A stretch of DNA of 32,000 nucleotides from assembly GCA_002429115.1 (NCBI GenBank), contig DIYS01000015.1, forward strand, positions 1 to 32,000. The letters run 5' to 3'. The stretch's first letter is position 1, and every line of letters starts with the position of its first letter. The position numbers and the translations under genes were made by a program. This DNA is from Saccharicrinis sp. UBA6048 (lineage in GTDB: Bacteria; Bacteroidota; Bacteroidia; Bacteroidales; Marinilabiliaceae). The notes under the pieces are model-generated. The model was given only the letters and a program-made list of their open reading frames with translations. It made no database searches and was not told the origin of the DNA. Positions 22,788 through 31,181 of the stretch are shown here, one piece after another.

Positions 22788-24074
22788 ATGGCTAAATCCA
22801 AACCCCGCAAAAAGCGCCCTGTCACGACTCCATTCAACAAAATGGAGGCCATCAAACCATTTATTATCCGACTACATGAGCTGTGTAAGGCAATCAATTG
22901 TGATGTTATGCAATACATCGTCAGCAAAGAAGACATGCTTGCACTGGCCGGCTTACGATTCAGAATTGGTTCGATTGATAAGGTTACTAACGAATATAAA
23001 CACACCAGACCTTATAAGTCGATATTTAATAAGATTATTAAACAGGCGCTTAAAACCCATCTTTCGGTAATTAAAGACTTTCCTATTCAAACCTGCTTTT
23101 TAGATGTTACCTACTTTGATGCCCTTACTATATTTCTTGAAAATAATCTACTTGAAAATAAATCCTTGTCCGACAAATTTCTCGATCAAATCAAAGCGTA
23201 TTATGACAGTTCTAACAAAAAGTTTTACAGTATTCTGCAACACCAGCTAATACAAATCACATTGTTAGAAAACCTGCCTGATGAAGCTATGCTTTCGTTT
23301 GGCTATACGCCTGCCCCCATTCATACACACAAACTTTACAATGCCGAATTAAGCTTTCAACTGTACCTACAACGACCAATTAAAGAATACATCACTTTTA
23401 AAGGGCAAACAAGACTGGCCTACAAGGTTATCATTCCAATATTTACCAATAAACTGTATCATGAGACGGTCATCAACACAAAACTAACAGATGGTTTATA
23501 TCAAGGTGATAAAGAATCGTTACACATATTTATACAGGCACATGCCTTACAACGATTCAGAGAACGAACAGCACCTTTTAATGACATGTTCATCAAATTG
23601 CAGTTTTCGCTTTGCATGCTTAATGAAATAAAACCAATATGCAGAAGCGAGAGTTTGTATATACCATACAGGATCAACGATATTACCATTGGCTATTTCG
23701 TTGGCATTATTGCTGAAGAAAAAGTAATGATTAAGACTTTTATACTCGCCACACATGCTTCAGCCCCTGAAGGACATAAATTCCAAGAGCTGACCGGATT
23801 TAAAAAGCATGACATGAGCTATTGGGATATTACCAAACTCGACACGTTTATATACAATGATATGAAACCCGAAAACCCTTTGTATGCCTACTTTGAAGAG
23901 AGTGGTTTATTACCAATGTTTGATCTGGATGACAAACAGATTATGCCCGAAGATAAATGTGATAAACAAGCTAACTGGCAAAACATGCTTGAGTGCATTA
24001 ACAAGCAGCATACACATAAAAACCTGAGTCAGCAAGATTTCCAAAACACTATACTGGAGGAAGTGATGAGCTGA
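22788..24074 (+). CDS. Uncharacterised 428-aa protein with basic N-terminus and a HALQRFRER motif
   Basis: Long ORF with basic start MAKSKPRKKRP. The central part contains LHIFIQAHALQRFRERTAPF. I recognise no family. Confidence 0.75.
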   Translation: MAKSKPRKKRPVTTPFNKMEAIKPFIIRLHELCKAINCDVMQYIVSKEDMLALAGLRFRIGSIDKVTNEYKHTRPYKSIFNKIIKQALKTHLSVIKDFPIQTCFLDVTYFDALTIFLENNLLENKSLSDKFLDQIKAYYDSSNKKFYSILQHQLIQITLLENLPDEAMLSFGYTPAPIHTHKLYNAELSFQLYLQRPIKEYITFKGQTRLAYKVIIPIFTNKLYHETVINTKLTDGLYQGDKESLHIFIQAHALQRFRERTAPFNDMFIKLQFSLCMLNEIKPICRSESLYIPYRINDITIGYFVGIIAEEKVMIKTFILATHASAPEGHKFQELTGFKKHDMSYWDITKLDTFIYNDMKPENPLYAYFEESGLLPMFDLDDKQIMPEDKCDKQANWQNMLECINKQHTHKNLSQQDFQNTILEEVMS

Positions 24075-24093
24075 AAACACCAACTTTTTACTG

Positions 24094-24323
24094 AAACAAG
24101 CCGTGACTATTTAGTTAAAGCTTGTCGCAATTGTGAAACACGGCGTAACTAAATAGTTATTCTAAGAATCAGCAGTGAAATGTGCCGTAACTAAATAGTT
24201 AAACCACATTTCGAGACCAAAACATACCATAACTAAATAGTTAAAGCTCAAATGAAGAGTAAAACAAGCCGTGACTATTTAGTCACGATGAAAAAATAAA
24301 AAAGCGTCGTAACTAAATACTTA
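24094..24323. repeat. Array of six near-palindromic 16-bp elements, period exactly 42 bp for the first five
   Basis: Cores: CGTGACTATTTAGTTA 24102; CGTAACTAAATAGTTA 24144; CGTAACTAAATAGTTA 24186; CATAACTAAATAGTTA 24228; CGTGACTATTTAGTCA 24270; CGTAACTAAATACTTA 24308. A weaker upstream extension (about (G)(T)(A)AAACAnGC) precedes most cores. AAACAAGCCGTGACTATTTAGT is identical at 24094-24115 and 24262-24283. Confidence 0.93.
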
Positions 24324-24379
24324 AGGCAACTAATCTCAACGATCTTATAATTTTTAACCTCTTAAAATGAACCTTTATA

Positions 24380-25114
24380 ATGAAAATACCTAAAATTTTA
24401 TCCACTACACGAGTGAGTGAAGTGAATGGTGTTACACAACAAATGATTGATGAGTATGGCAAAGGCGATTATAGTGCCGATAGCCATCTTACCAAGGTAT
24501 TTGACCACATAACGGATAGCAACAATCAGTTGGGCATAGCCATAATGCGCGATTCTGTAGAATCGGAATTAGCTGAGTTGGATGAGATTACCGATAACGA
24601 AGTAACCCTCACACATGGTTTGACTAAAGGCTACACCTGCCATCCTGATGAAAACACGGCTAACCGTGCCGGCGAACTGTTTAAAATGGTCGATAAATAT
24701 GGACTGGAAGTAAAAAAGAAAAGCTACCGCGAGGAATATCCCTTGCTTGGCTCTATGATTACTGAAAGTAAAACTGAACCATATGTGGCTTGCATTGCTG
24801 CATTGCCGGGTTGCGATGAACGATTTAAACGACTGGAAGCTGCCGTTAATAACTTTAACGCCAAGCAAAATGTCTACCTGTCGGTAAAAGACGACCAGAA
24901 TGAATTGTCATCAGCCACAGCTATTAAAAAGCAACTCATTGCTTTTATTAACGGCGAACTGGTGGCTTACCTGGATGTGATGCAAAGAGTAAATACCGAG
25001 ATGTATGGCGGGTTAGCCCAGTTTACTGCCAACCGAATTGCCGAAAACAATTCGGCTGTGCGCAAACGCAGAAACAAAACTGAAGCAGAAACAGAAGTAA
25101 AAGTAGAAGAATAA
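24380..25114 (+). CDS. DUF6261-like protein
   Basis: 244 aa. MKIPKILSTTRVSEVNGVTQQMIDEYGKGDY, LGIAIMRDSVESELAELDEITDNEV, YGGLAQFTANRIAENNSAVRKRRNK resemble the uncharacterised Bacteroidetes DUF6261 family, recognised from memory. Confidence 0.7.
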   Translation: MKIPKILSTTRVSEVNGVTQQMIDEYGKGDYSADSHLTKVFDHITDSNNQLGIAIMRDSVESELAELDEITDNEVTLTHGLTKGYTCHPDENTANRAGELFKMVDKYGLEVKKKSYREEYPLLGSMITESKTEPYVACIAALPGCDERFKRLEAAVNNFNAKQNVYLSVKDDQNELSSATAIKKQLIAFINGELVAYLDVMQRVNTEMYGGLAQFTANRIAENNSAVRKRRNKTEAETEVKVEE

Positions 25115-25140
25115 CTTTAGATCGAGATTAGTTGCATGAT

Positions 25141-25168
25141 CCCTGCTGGTAACAGCGGGGATTTTTTT
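25141..25168 (+). terminator. Rho-independent terminator of the DUF6261-like gene
   Basis: CCCTGCTG-GTAA-CAGCGGGG (one T-G wobble) followed by ATTTTTTT. Confidence 0.9.
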
Positions 25169-25518
25169 GATCAGTTAAGTGAGGTAACATACAGGTTCCA
25201 TTGGACTCCCTGCTCCGAACAAGCACGGCAGCTACTTCTTATATAGTTTTATCATCATGCAAAAAGGATTAGTACAATAGCAGTGCGTATCTCAAATTGG
25301 TAGATTTCATTCAAGCATGTTATGAATCGTAAGTTCTAAAATTTAAAAGGTGACAAATCTTAGTATTTTTTCATCCAAAACCCTGATAAATTTCATGTAC
25401 TTCGGCTTTTTTATTTCATAGATTTGTTACTGCTCTGATTCAGATTCAAGTTTTAGAGTTGAAATCCGTTCATTAGAGTCAACATTTGACTAAGTAACAC
25501 CAAAAAAAAATAAAATCT

Positions 25519-27147
25519 ATGCCAAAAGGGATTTTTCAAGTACCGCCGGCTGTCAATGAGCCGATTAAAAGCTACGCACCAGGAACACCTGAGCGTGCTG
25601 AGTTAAAAGAGATGTTGAATAAGCTTCGCTCTGAGGAATTAGACATTCCTATGTTTATCGGAGGCGAAGAAATCAGAACAGGAAACAAAAAACGTATCCA
25701 CCCACCACACGAAATTGCACATACTTTAGGTCATTACCACCAAGGTGATGAAACACACGTGCACCAAGCGATTGACGCTGCTTTAAAAGCTCGTGAAAAG
25801 TGGGTTAACCTTAGCTGGGAGCACCGCGCTTCTATTTTCTTAAAAGCAGCTGATTTATTGGCCGGTCCTTACCGTCAGTTAATCAATGCAGCTACTATGT
25901 TAGGACAGTCGAAAAATGCTTTCCAGGCTGAGATTGATTCAGCTTGTGAGTTGGCAGATTTCTTCCGTTTCAACGTACAGTACATGACTGAAATCTACGC
26001 AGGTCAGCCTGAGTCTTCTGCAGGTATCTGGGATCGCGTTGAGTACCGTCCATTGGAAGGATTCGTATTTGCATTAACGCCATTTAACTTTACTTCTATT
26101 GCTGGTAACTTACAAACTGCTCCTGCAATGATGGGTAACGTTACTGTTTGGAAACCATCGAAAACAGCTGTTTACTCAGCTTATTTCTTGATGAAATTAT
26201 TCAAAGAAGCTGGTGTACCAGATGGTGTTATCAACCTTGTTTATGCATCAGGTCCTGTTGCTGCTAAAGAAATTTTCTCTCACCCTGATTTTGCCGGTTT
26301 CCACTTTACTGGTTCTACTGGTGTATTCCAGAGTACTTGGAAAGCTATCGGTGATAACATTGAGAAATATAAGACTTACCCACGTATCGTAGGTGAAACA
26401 GGTGGTAAAGACTACATTTTAGCTCACAAATCATGTGATGCCAAAGGCGTAGCTACTGCTATTGTTCGTGGTGCTTTCGAATACCAGGGACAGAAGTGTT
26501 CTGCTGCATCTCGCGCTTATATGCCATCTAGCCGTTGGGAAGAGATCCTAGGCTACGTTAAAGAGCAAATGAAAGAAGTAAAAATGGGGCCTCCAGAGGA
26601 TTTCAGCAACTTTGTAAATGCTGTTATTGACGAGACTTCATTTGACTTATTAGCAGGTGCTATTGACGAAGCTAAAGCAAGCAACGAAGCTGAGATTGTT
26701 GTTGGTGGTGGTCACGATAAGTCAGTGGGTTACTTCATTGAGCCTACAATCATCGTTACAACGAATCCAATGTATCGCACAATGGAAGAAGAGTTGTTCG
26801 GTCCTGTATTGACTATTTATGTGTATGATGACAACAAGTTTGAGGAAACAATGGACATCCTTGATAAAACGTCTATCTATGCATTAACAGGATGTATCTT
26901 CGCACAAGATCGTTACGTCATTGAGCAGGCTACCAAGCGTTTGGTTGATACTGCAGGTAACTTCTACATCAACGATAAACCAACAGGTGCTGTTGTTGGT
27001 CAGCAGCCATTTGGTGGTTCTCGTGGTTCGGGTACAAATGATAAGGCTGGTTCGGCTATTAACTTGATGCGTTGGGTAAGCCCTCGTACCATTAAGGAAA
27101 ATTTCGTTCCTCCACACGACTTTAAATACCCGTTTCTTGCTGAATAG
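25519..27147 (+). CDS. pruA: L-glutamate gamma-semialdehyde dehydrogenase (delta-1-pyrroline-5-carboxylate dehydrogenase)
   Basis: 542-aa aldehyde dehydrogenase with FTGSTGVFQSTWK, VGETGGKDY, FEYQGQKCSAASRAYMP, PTGAVVGQQPFGGSRGSGTNDKAG. Confidence 0.95.
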   Translation: MPKGIFQVPPAVNEPIKSYAPGTPERAELKEMLNKLRSEELDIPMFIGGEEIRTGNKKRIHPPHEIAHTLGHYHQGDETHVHQAIDAALKAREKWVNLSWEHRASIFLKAADLLAGPYRQLINAATMLGQSKNAFQAEIDSACELADFFRFNVQYMTEIYAGQPESSAGIWDRVEYRPLEGFVFALTPFNFTSIAGNLQTAPAMMGNVTVWKPSKTAVYSAYFLMKLFKEAGVPDGVINLVYASGPVAAKEIFSHPDFAGFHFTGSTGVFQSTWKAIGDNIEKYKTYPRIVGETGGKDYILAHKSCDAKGVATAIVRGAFEYQGQKCSAASRAYMPSSRWEEILGYVKEQMKEVKMGPPEDFSNFVNAVIDETSFDLLAGAIDEAKASNEAEIVVGGGHDKSVGYFIEPTIIVTTNPMYRTMEEELFGPVLTIYVYDDNKFEETMDILDKTSIYALTGCIFAQDRYVIEQATKRLVDTAGNFYINDKPTGAVVGQQPFGGSRGSGTNDKAGSAINLMRWVSPRTIKENFVPPHDFKYPFLAE

Positions 27148-27186
27148 TAAGATTATAAATAGGTAATTAAATTTGCTAAATAACTT

Positions 27187-27211
27187 AAAGGCTCCTCAAA
27201 AGGGAGCCTTT
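27187..27211. terminator. Rho-independent terminator between convergent pruA and LPS-kinase-like gene
   Basis: Perfect 9-bp stem AAAGGCTCC-TCAAAAG-GGAGCCTTT followed by ATTATTTT. Confidence 0.85.
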
Positions 27212-27269
27212 ATTATTTTGAAGAGAGAAAATAAATAAAATTTAAGGTGCCAGGAAACTCGGTTTATTA

Positions 27270-28034
27270 CTAAAATAAGGTCCTTAGCGAATGAAGAACC
27301 CGTTTTGTATATCTTCTTCGAAGCGTACTAAGGTATTTAACAAACAGGAGTTCATAAATGGTTTCATTCTCATCGACATGCATCAGAGAGGCATAATGGC
27401 GAGCCAATTCTGTCAGGTACATCGGATTTGAACTTATACTTTGCATATTTCGCAGACTATGATGATGGTTAATCCGTTTTTTAAATTGTATCCGATTTAA
27501 ATCAATCAACGAAAAGTCATAATTATTGTGGTCATGCTTATTGATGAGCACATTTGATCCATTGAAATCATTATGCTTTACTCCATTCATATGCAGTTGA
27601 TTCGACATAAATAAAACAAACTGCTTCAGGATCATTTGCTTTTCTTCCATGTCATTACCCAGCACATATGCCATGTCGAAATCAGCATTGTTATATAAGC
27701 AAATGTAATACGAGCGTTTAAGGATACCCCATTTACTGTATGTTTCAACGTATGCCACCGGATCAGGTGTATTAATTGACAAACGTTGCAGGCGTTGAGC
27801 ATACAAAAATGATCGTTCGGCTTTTGACTTTCGGAAAAATGAATAAATCAAACGATTAAAGGCAGTAATCTGATAAAATGATTTCACACAGATTTGGTGA
27901 TTTTGCACATTAAAGAGCTTTATTTTATTACGACAATCTTTAATCCAATGAGTGCCTGACTCAAAGTTTTGGTCAATATTATCAACAAAGTACTTTATTG
28001 ATTTGTACGGTTCAGCAATAAAAACTCTTTTCAT
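27270..28034 (-). CDS. Lipopolysaccharide (Kdo/WaaP-type) kinase-like protein
   Basis: ICVKSF, ARRL-like ERSFLYAQRLQRLSINTPDPVAYVE, kinase catalytic HMNGVKHNDFNGSNVLI and FSLIDLNRIQF (D-x-N type). Confidence 0.8.
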   Translation of the reverse strand: MKRVFIAEPYKSIKYFVDNIDQNFESGTHWIKDCRNKIKLFNVQNHQICVKSFYQITAFNRLIYSFFRKSKAERSFLYAQRLQRLSINTPDPVAYVETYSKWGILKRSYYICLYNNADFDMAYVLGNDMEEKQMILKQFVLFMSNQLHMNGVKHNDFNGSNVLINKHDHNNYDFSLIDLNRIQFKKRINHHHSLRNMQSISSNPMYLTELARHYASLMHVDENETIYELLFVKYLSTLRRRYTKRVLHSLRTLF

Positions 28035-28257
28035 ACCTTTCAGTTTGGCATCTGGTTAACAAACTTAACACATGGCATTAAAGAATGTCAAGTGTAATTT
28101 AACAAAACAAACTTAGGCTATACTGATGTTGTAAAGTTTTTTTTCTGTCTGAACATTAATTAATCCTGATTAAAATACTTTTTTTGGCACTTGAAAAACT
28201 AAAGAGGTGATACTTCATTTTAATGATTTCACTAACTTTGTACAAACTCTAAATAAT

Positions 28258-28560
28258 ATGTGGCCAGGATTTAAGAAGTACATTAAACCATTGCTTAAGA
28301 ACAAGTTCTTTCTTGCAACCATTGTATTTATTGTTTTTGTTGGCTTTTTCGATCAGAATAGCTTATTGGATCGCTATCAGCTGAGCAAACGAATTAGTCA
28401 ACTCGAAAAGCAAAAGGAGCATTACATTGAAGAGATTGAACAAAACAACCGAAAGATGAAAGAATTGCAGAGTAATTCTGAAAACCTTGAGAAGTTCGCT
28501 CGTGAAGAGTATTTAATGAAAAAGAAAGACGAGGTAATTTTTGTTGTTGAAGAAGAGTAA
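28258..28560 (+). CDS. FtsB/DivIC-like septum formation initiator family protein
   Basis: TM segment FFLATIVFIVFVGFFD, SLLDRYQLSKRISQLEKQKEHYIEEIEQNNRKMKELQSNSENLEKFAREEYLMKKKDEVIFVVEE. I prefer the ATG at 28258 over the GTG at 28207 in the track. Confidence 0.87.
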   Translation: MWPGFKKYIKPLLKNKFFLATIVFIVFVGFFDQNSLLDRYQLSKRISQLEKQKEHYIEEIEQNNRKMKELQSNSENLEKFAREEYLMKKKDEVIFVVEEE

Positions 28561-28606
28561 GGGATTTTAGATTTATGATGGATGATATATGATGTTGATG
28601 AGAGTT

Positions 28607-28680
28607 TTGTGTTTAAGGTTCTGGGTTGAGAGTTTTGAGTTCCGGGTTGAGAGTTTGGGGTTTTGGGTTTGAAGTTTTGA
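28607..28680. repeat. Degenerate G/T-rich short tandem repeat
   Basis: Imperfect iterations such as GGGTTGAGAGTTTTGAGTTCCGGGTTGAGAGTTTGGGGTTTTGGGTTTGAAGTTTTG. Confidence 0.7.
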
Positions 28681-28694
28681 TTTATAAAGTACAA

Positions 28695-29018
28695 ATGAAT
28701 TTATACAAGTTTTTAAGTGCCATCTACTATGTAGGAATGGCCTTTGTTTTTTTAGGTGTTTTAATGCACATCAGTGATATTAACTATGGCGCATGGGTAT
28801 TTACTTCGGGTGCTGTAGTTATGGTTGGTATCAGATGCTATAACTGGATTGTAGGAAAACCAGAAAACAAACGGGTCTTTTCTATTTTACTATACAGTTC
28901 GTTAATGTTGCTGCCAGCTGCCTGGACCATGTTGACATATCGTCGCTATTGGGTCATATTTATTATTCTGACAGCTGTACTGGACACCTATGCCAGCTAT
29001 CGACGCATCAAAAAATAG
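28695..29018 (+). CDS. Small conserved multi-TM membrane protein
   Basis: MNLYKFLSAIYYVGMAFVFLGVLMHISDINYGAWVFTSGAVVMVGIRCYNWIVG..., several TM helices. The ORF-track start at 28626 lies in repeat-like DNA, so ATG 28695 is preferred. Confidence 0.7.
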   Translation: MNLYKFLSAIYYVGMAFVFLGVLMHISDINYGAWVFTSGAVVMVGIRCYNWIVGKPENKRVFSILLYSSLMLLPAAWTMLTYRRYWVIFIILTAVLDTYASYRRIKK

Positions 29019-29043
29019 CTTTAGAAGCTAAACCAGTCAACGG

Positions 29044-30297
29044 TTATTTCTCTAGTTGCCGGTATAGTTCGAGCAGCTCACTATTCTCAAAAACATCAGG
29101 CGATTCTTCAGTCATCATTTCGTACAAACTTAATGAAGCATCAAATACGGGTGTTTTTTCAAGAAAATGGGCATGCGTATAGTTGAGATACTTCACAACT
29201 CTAAAAGCGCTAAAAACTTCATAAAAACGCTTTTTAAACACTTTCAATGAGCTGCAATTCGAATTAATGTTTTGTAATACTCTGAAGAAATCGGAATTAA
29301 CCAGGTAACTTCTCATTCTTCCACTCAACTGATGCACAAAATCATCGATTGCATCCTCAGTGATCTGATAAAGTTGATCTTTAATAGCCAGGAACTCCTT
29401 CAAATCAATAAAAGCCTGCAAATTGTAAGTCAAATACTCTTCGCCTGAATTGATGATTGTATTCACCGATGGTCCGGTTCCGAATGGAACACGATCAGAA
29501 ATACGTGATGATGGATATACGCAACAACTGTTTATTCTGGATACCTTCCCAAGCTGAATCGCCTTTTGAAGAAAATAGAAATCCTCACCAGCCTGCTTTC
29601 TTGGCATTCCTCCGGCTCTTACATAGGCATCGGCTGTAATTGCAAAACATGATCCAACCGTATGAATAGCTATATGAAATCCACTAAACAACAAAGCTTG
29701 CAGATAATATCGCAAATGTAATTCATATTGCGCGATGGCATCATAGGTATCATCATCAAAATCACCACCTATAGGATGCTCAAAATAGATGGTTGCCACA
29801 TCTGCCCCTTCTGTGTCAAATGCATCTTGTACTTCATTAAAATAGTTGTCCGATATACTTGAATCAGCATCCAACGAGCAGATAATACCCCTTGTATCCT
29901 GAACTTTCGCAAAACAATAGGCCGCATAATCCATTCCTGTTTTACGCGCATGACCAACGCCAGCGTGTTTTTTAGGAATATCATAATCTTCCAGAAGTGT
30001 CATTTGCAATTGAGGCTGATCGCTTATTAAGTCCAATTCAACCTGTCTTTTTAATGCATGCTGGCGTGCTTTATTTTCCTCCGTATCCTGATCGGAATAA
30101 TTAAAAACCAGAATTAACTCAAGAACTAAATTGGTATTGCGAATAGATTCATAGACGCTATTGATCGTTTTAAACAGATAATCTTCTTCCAAATATACCG
30201 GAATAACCATTTTGATATCGGAACGAACAGTCCTCCCGATTTTTATAGTGTGCTTATCAAAATACTTGGTAAAATGTTTGTCCATGACTCTTAACAT
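29044..30297 (-). CDS. Family 2 glycosyltransferase
   Basis: VIPVYLEEDYLFKTINSVYESIRNTNLVLELILVFNYSDQD, AGVGHARKTGMDYA, ICSLDADSSISDNYF (DxD/DAD), AGGMPRKQAGEDFYFLQKA (ED motif). Confidence 0.87.
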   Translation of the reverse strand: MLRVMDKHFTKYFDKHTIKIGRTVRSDIKMVIPVYLEEDYLFKTINSVYESIRNTNLVLELILVFNYSDQDTEENKARQHALKRQVELDLISDQPQLQMTLLEDYDIPKKHAGVGHARKTGMDYAAYCFAKVQDTRGIICSLDADSSISDNYFNEVQDAFDTEGADVATIYFEHPIGGDFDDDTYDAIAQYELHLRYYLQALLFSGFHIAIHTVGSCFAITADAYVRAGGMPRKQAGEDFYFLQKAIQLGKVSRINSCCVYPSSRISDRVPFGTGPSVNTIINSGEEYLTYNLQAFIDLKEFLAIKDQLYQITEDAIDDFVHQLSGRMRSYLVNSDFFRVLQNINSNCSSLKVFKKRFYEVFSAFRVVKYLNYTHAHFLEKTPVFDASLSLYEMMTEESPDVFENSELLELYRQLEK

Positions 30298-30372
30298 CAG
30301 ATCATTTGTTTCAAAAGTAAAAAAGGCAGAAATCTTCCGACTTCTGCCCTTTTCAAATATTTTAATTTCTTA

Positions 30373-30975
30373 CTACTTCGCTGCAGCGTGACGCGCATTT
30401 AACGCCTCTAATATTTCATGTGTAATATCTACACCTTCAGCTCCGTACAATACATTGTCTCCTAATGTATTACTCAAGATAACTTTATACGCTTTCTTCT
30501 GCGTGTATACATCCAGGTAATTCATTAATGTATCACGTAGCTGGGCATTTAGTTTGTTCTGCTCTGTTTGCAACTCACGAACTAATTTCTGCTCTAGTAA
30601 CTGTAGTTCCTGCTCTGCCTTCGCCAAACGTTGCTGCTCTTTTTGCGCACGTTCCATGCTAAGAAAGGCATTGTTTTGAACTTTACGTTGAAACTCTACA
30701 GCATCCTCCTGGAAAACCTTTGCTTTCTCGTTAAAATCAGCTCTTGAAGCTTCTTCTTTAGCAATTAATTGCTCATTAACTTCCTTAGCAAAAGAATAGT
30801 TTAATAAAAGCGAATCGGTATTGATATATGCTATTGGAAATAACTCACCTTCACTGACTGCACTGCCGGCAGCTTCGTTTGAATTATCAGATCCTTTTTG
30901 CGAAAAATGCAATACAAATAATATAATTACAGCAATTAATAAAACGCCATTCAACACTGTTGATAATTGTTTCAT
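30373..30975 (-). CDS. OmpH/Skp family periplasmic chaperone-like protein
   Basis: IAYINTDSLLLNYSFAKEVNEQL followed by a long coiled-coil and the C-terminal YGAEGVDITHEILEALNARH. Confidence 0.87.
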   Translation of the reverse strand: MKQLSTVLNGVLLIAVIILFVLHFSQKGSDNSNEAAGSAVSEGELFPIAYINTDSLLLNYSFAKEVNEQLIAKEEASRADFNEKAKVFQEDAVEFQRKVQNNAFLSMERAQKEQQRLAKAEQELQLLEQKLVRELQTEQNKLNAQLRDTLMNYLDVYTQKKAYKVILSNTLGDNVLYGAEGVDITHEILEALNARHAAAK

Positions 30976-31181
30976 ACTCTCCCTAGTGAAATTTAACCTT
31001 TATTTTTTATGGACAACAAATATAAGTGATTACCCTACATATAAAAATATTTGTCCATATTTTTTAGATGATTCAATAAGAATGTTTAAACAAAAAATCG
31101 ATTAAGCTTGTTAAGCCTAACCGCCTTGTATTATGACCTGAATTCAATGAAAAACCTAAACTCAGGTAAGAAATGTTTATT

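Noticed and set aside
24094-24323. 42-bp-period array as a CRISPR array
   Set aside because: The core is only 16 bp and near-palindromic, it varies between units and changes centre orientation, intervals are 26 bp (22 in the last), and no cas-like gene is present.
24094-24323. 42-bp period as a 14-codon coding repeat
   Set aside because: CGTAACTAAATAGTTA puts stop codons in all three forward frames of most units. On the reverse strand the variant units also break the only open frame.
22788-24323. Plasmid replication initiator plus iterons
   Set aside because: The geometry is iteron-like, but the 428-aa protein has no recognised Rep/winged-helix signature, and the flanks (T9SS plug-like gene and pruA) are chromosomal. 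Kept only as a possible role, not called.
25170-25518. Possible RNA gene in the gap before pruA
   Set aside because: No tRNA cloverleaf or clear long stem was recognised by eye; nothing beyond ordinary intergenic sequence can be supported.
28207-28257. GTG start extension of the FtsB-like gene
   Set aside because: The extension MILHFNDFTNFVQTLNN is not typical of the family; ATG at 28258 gives the expected short N-terminus before the TM helix.
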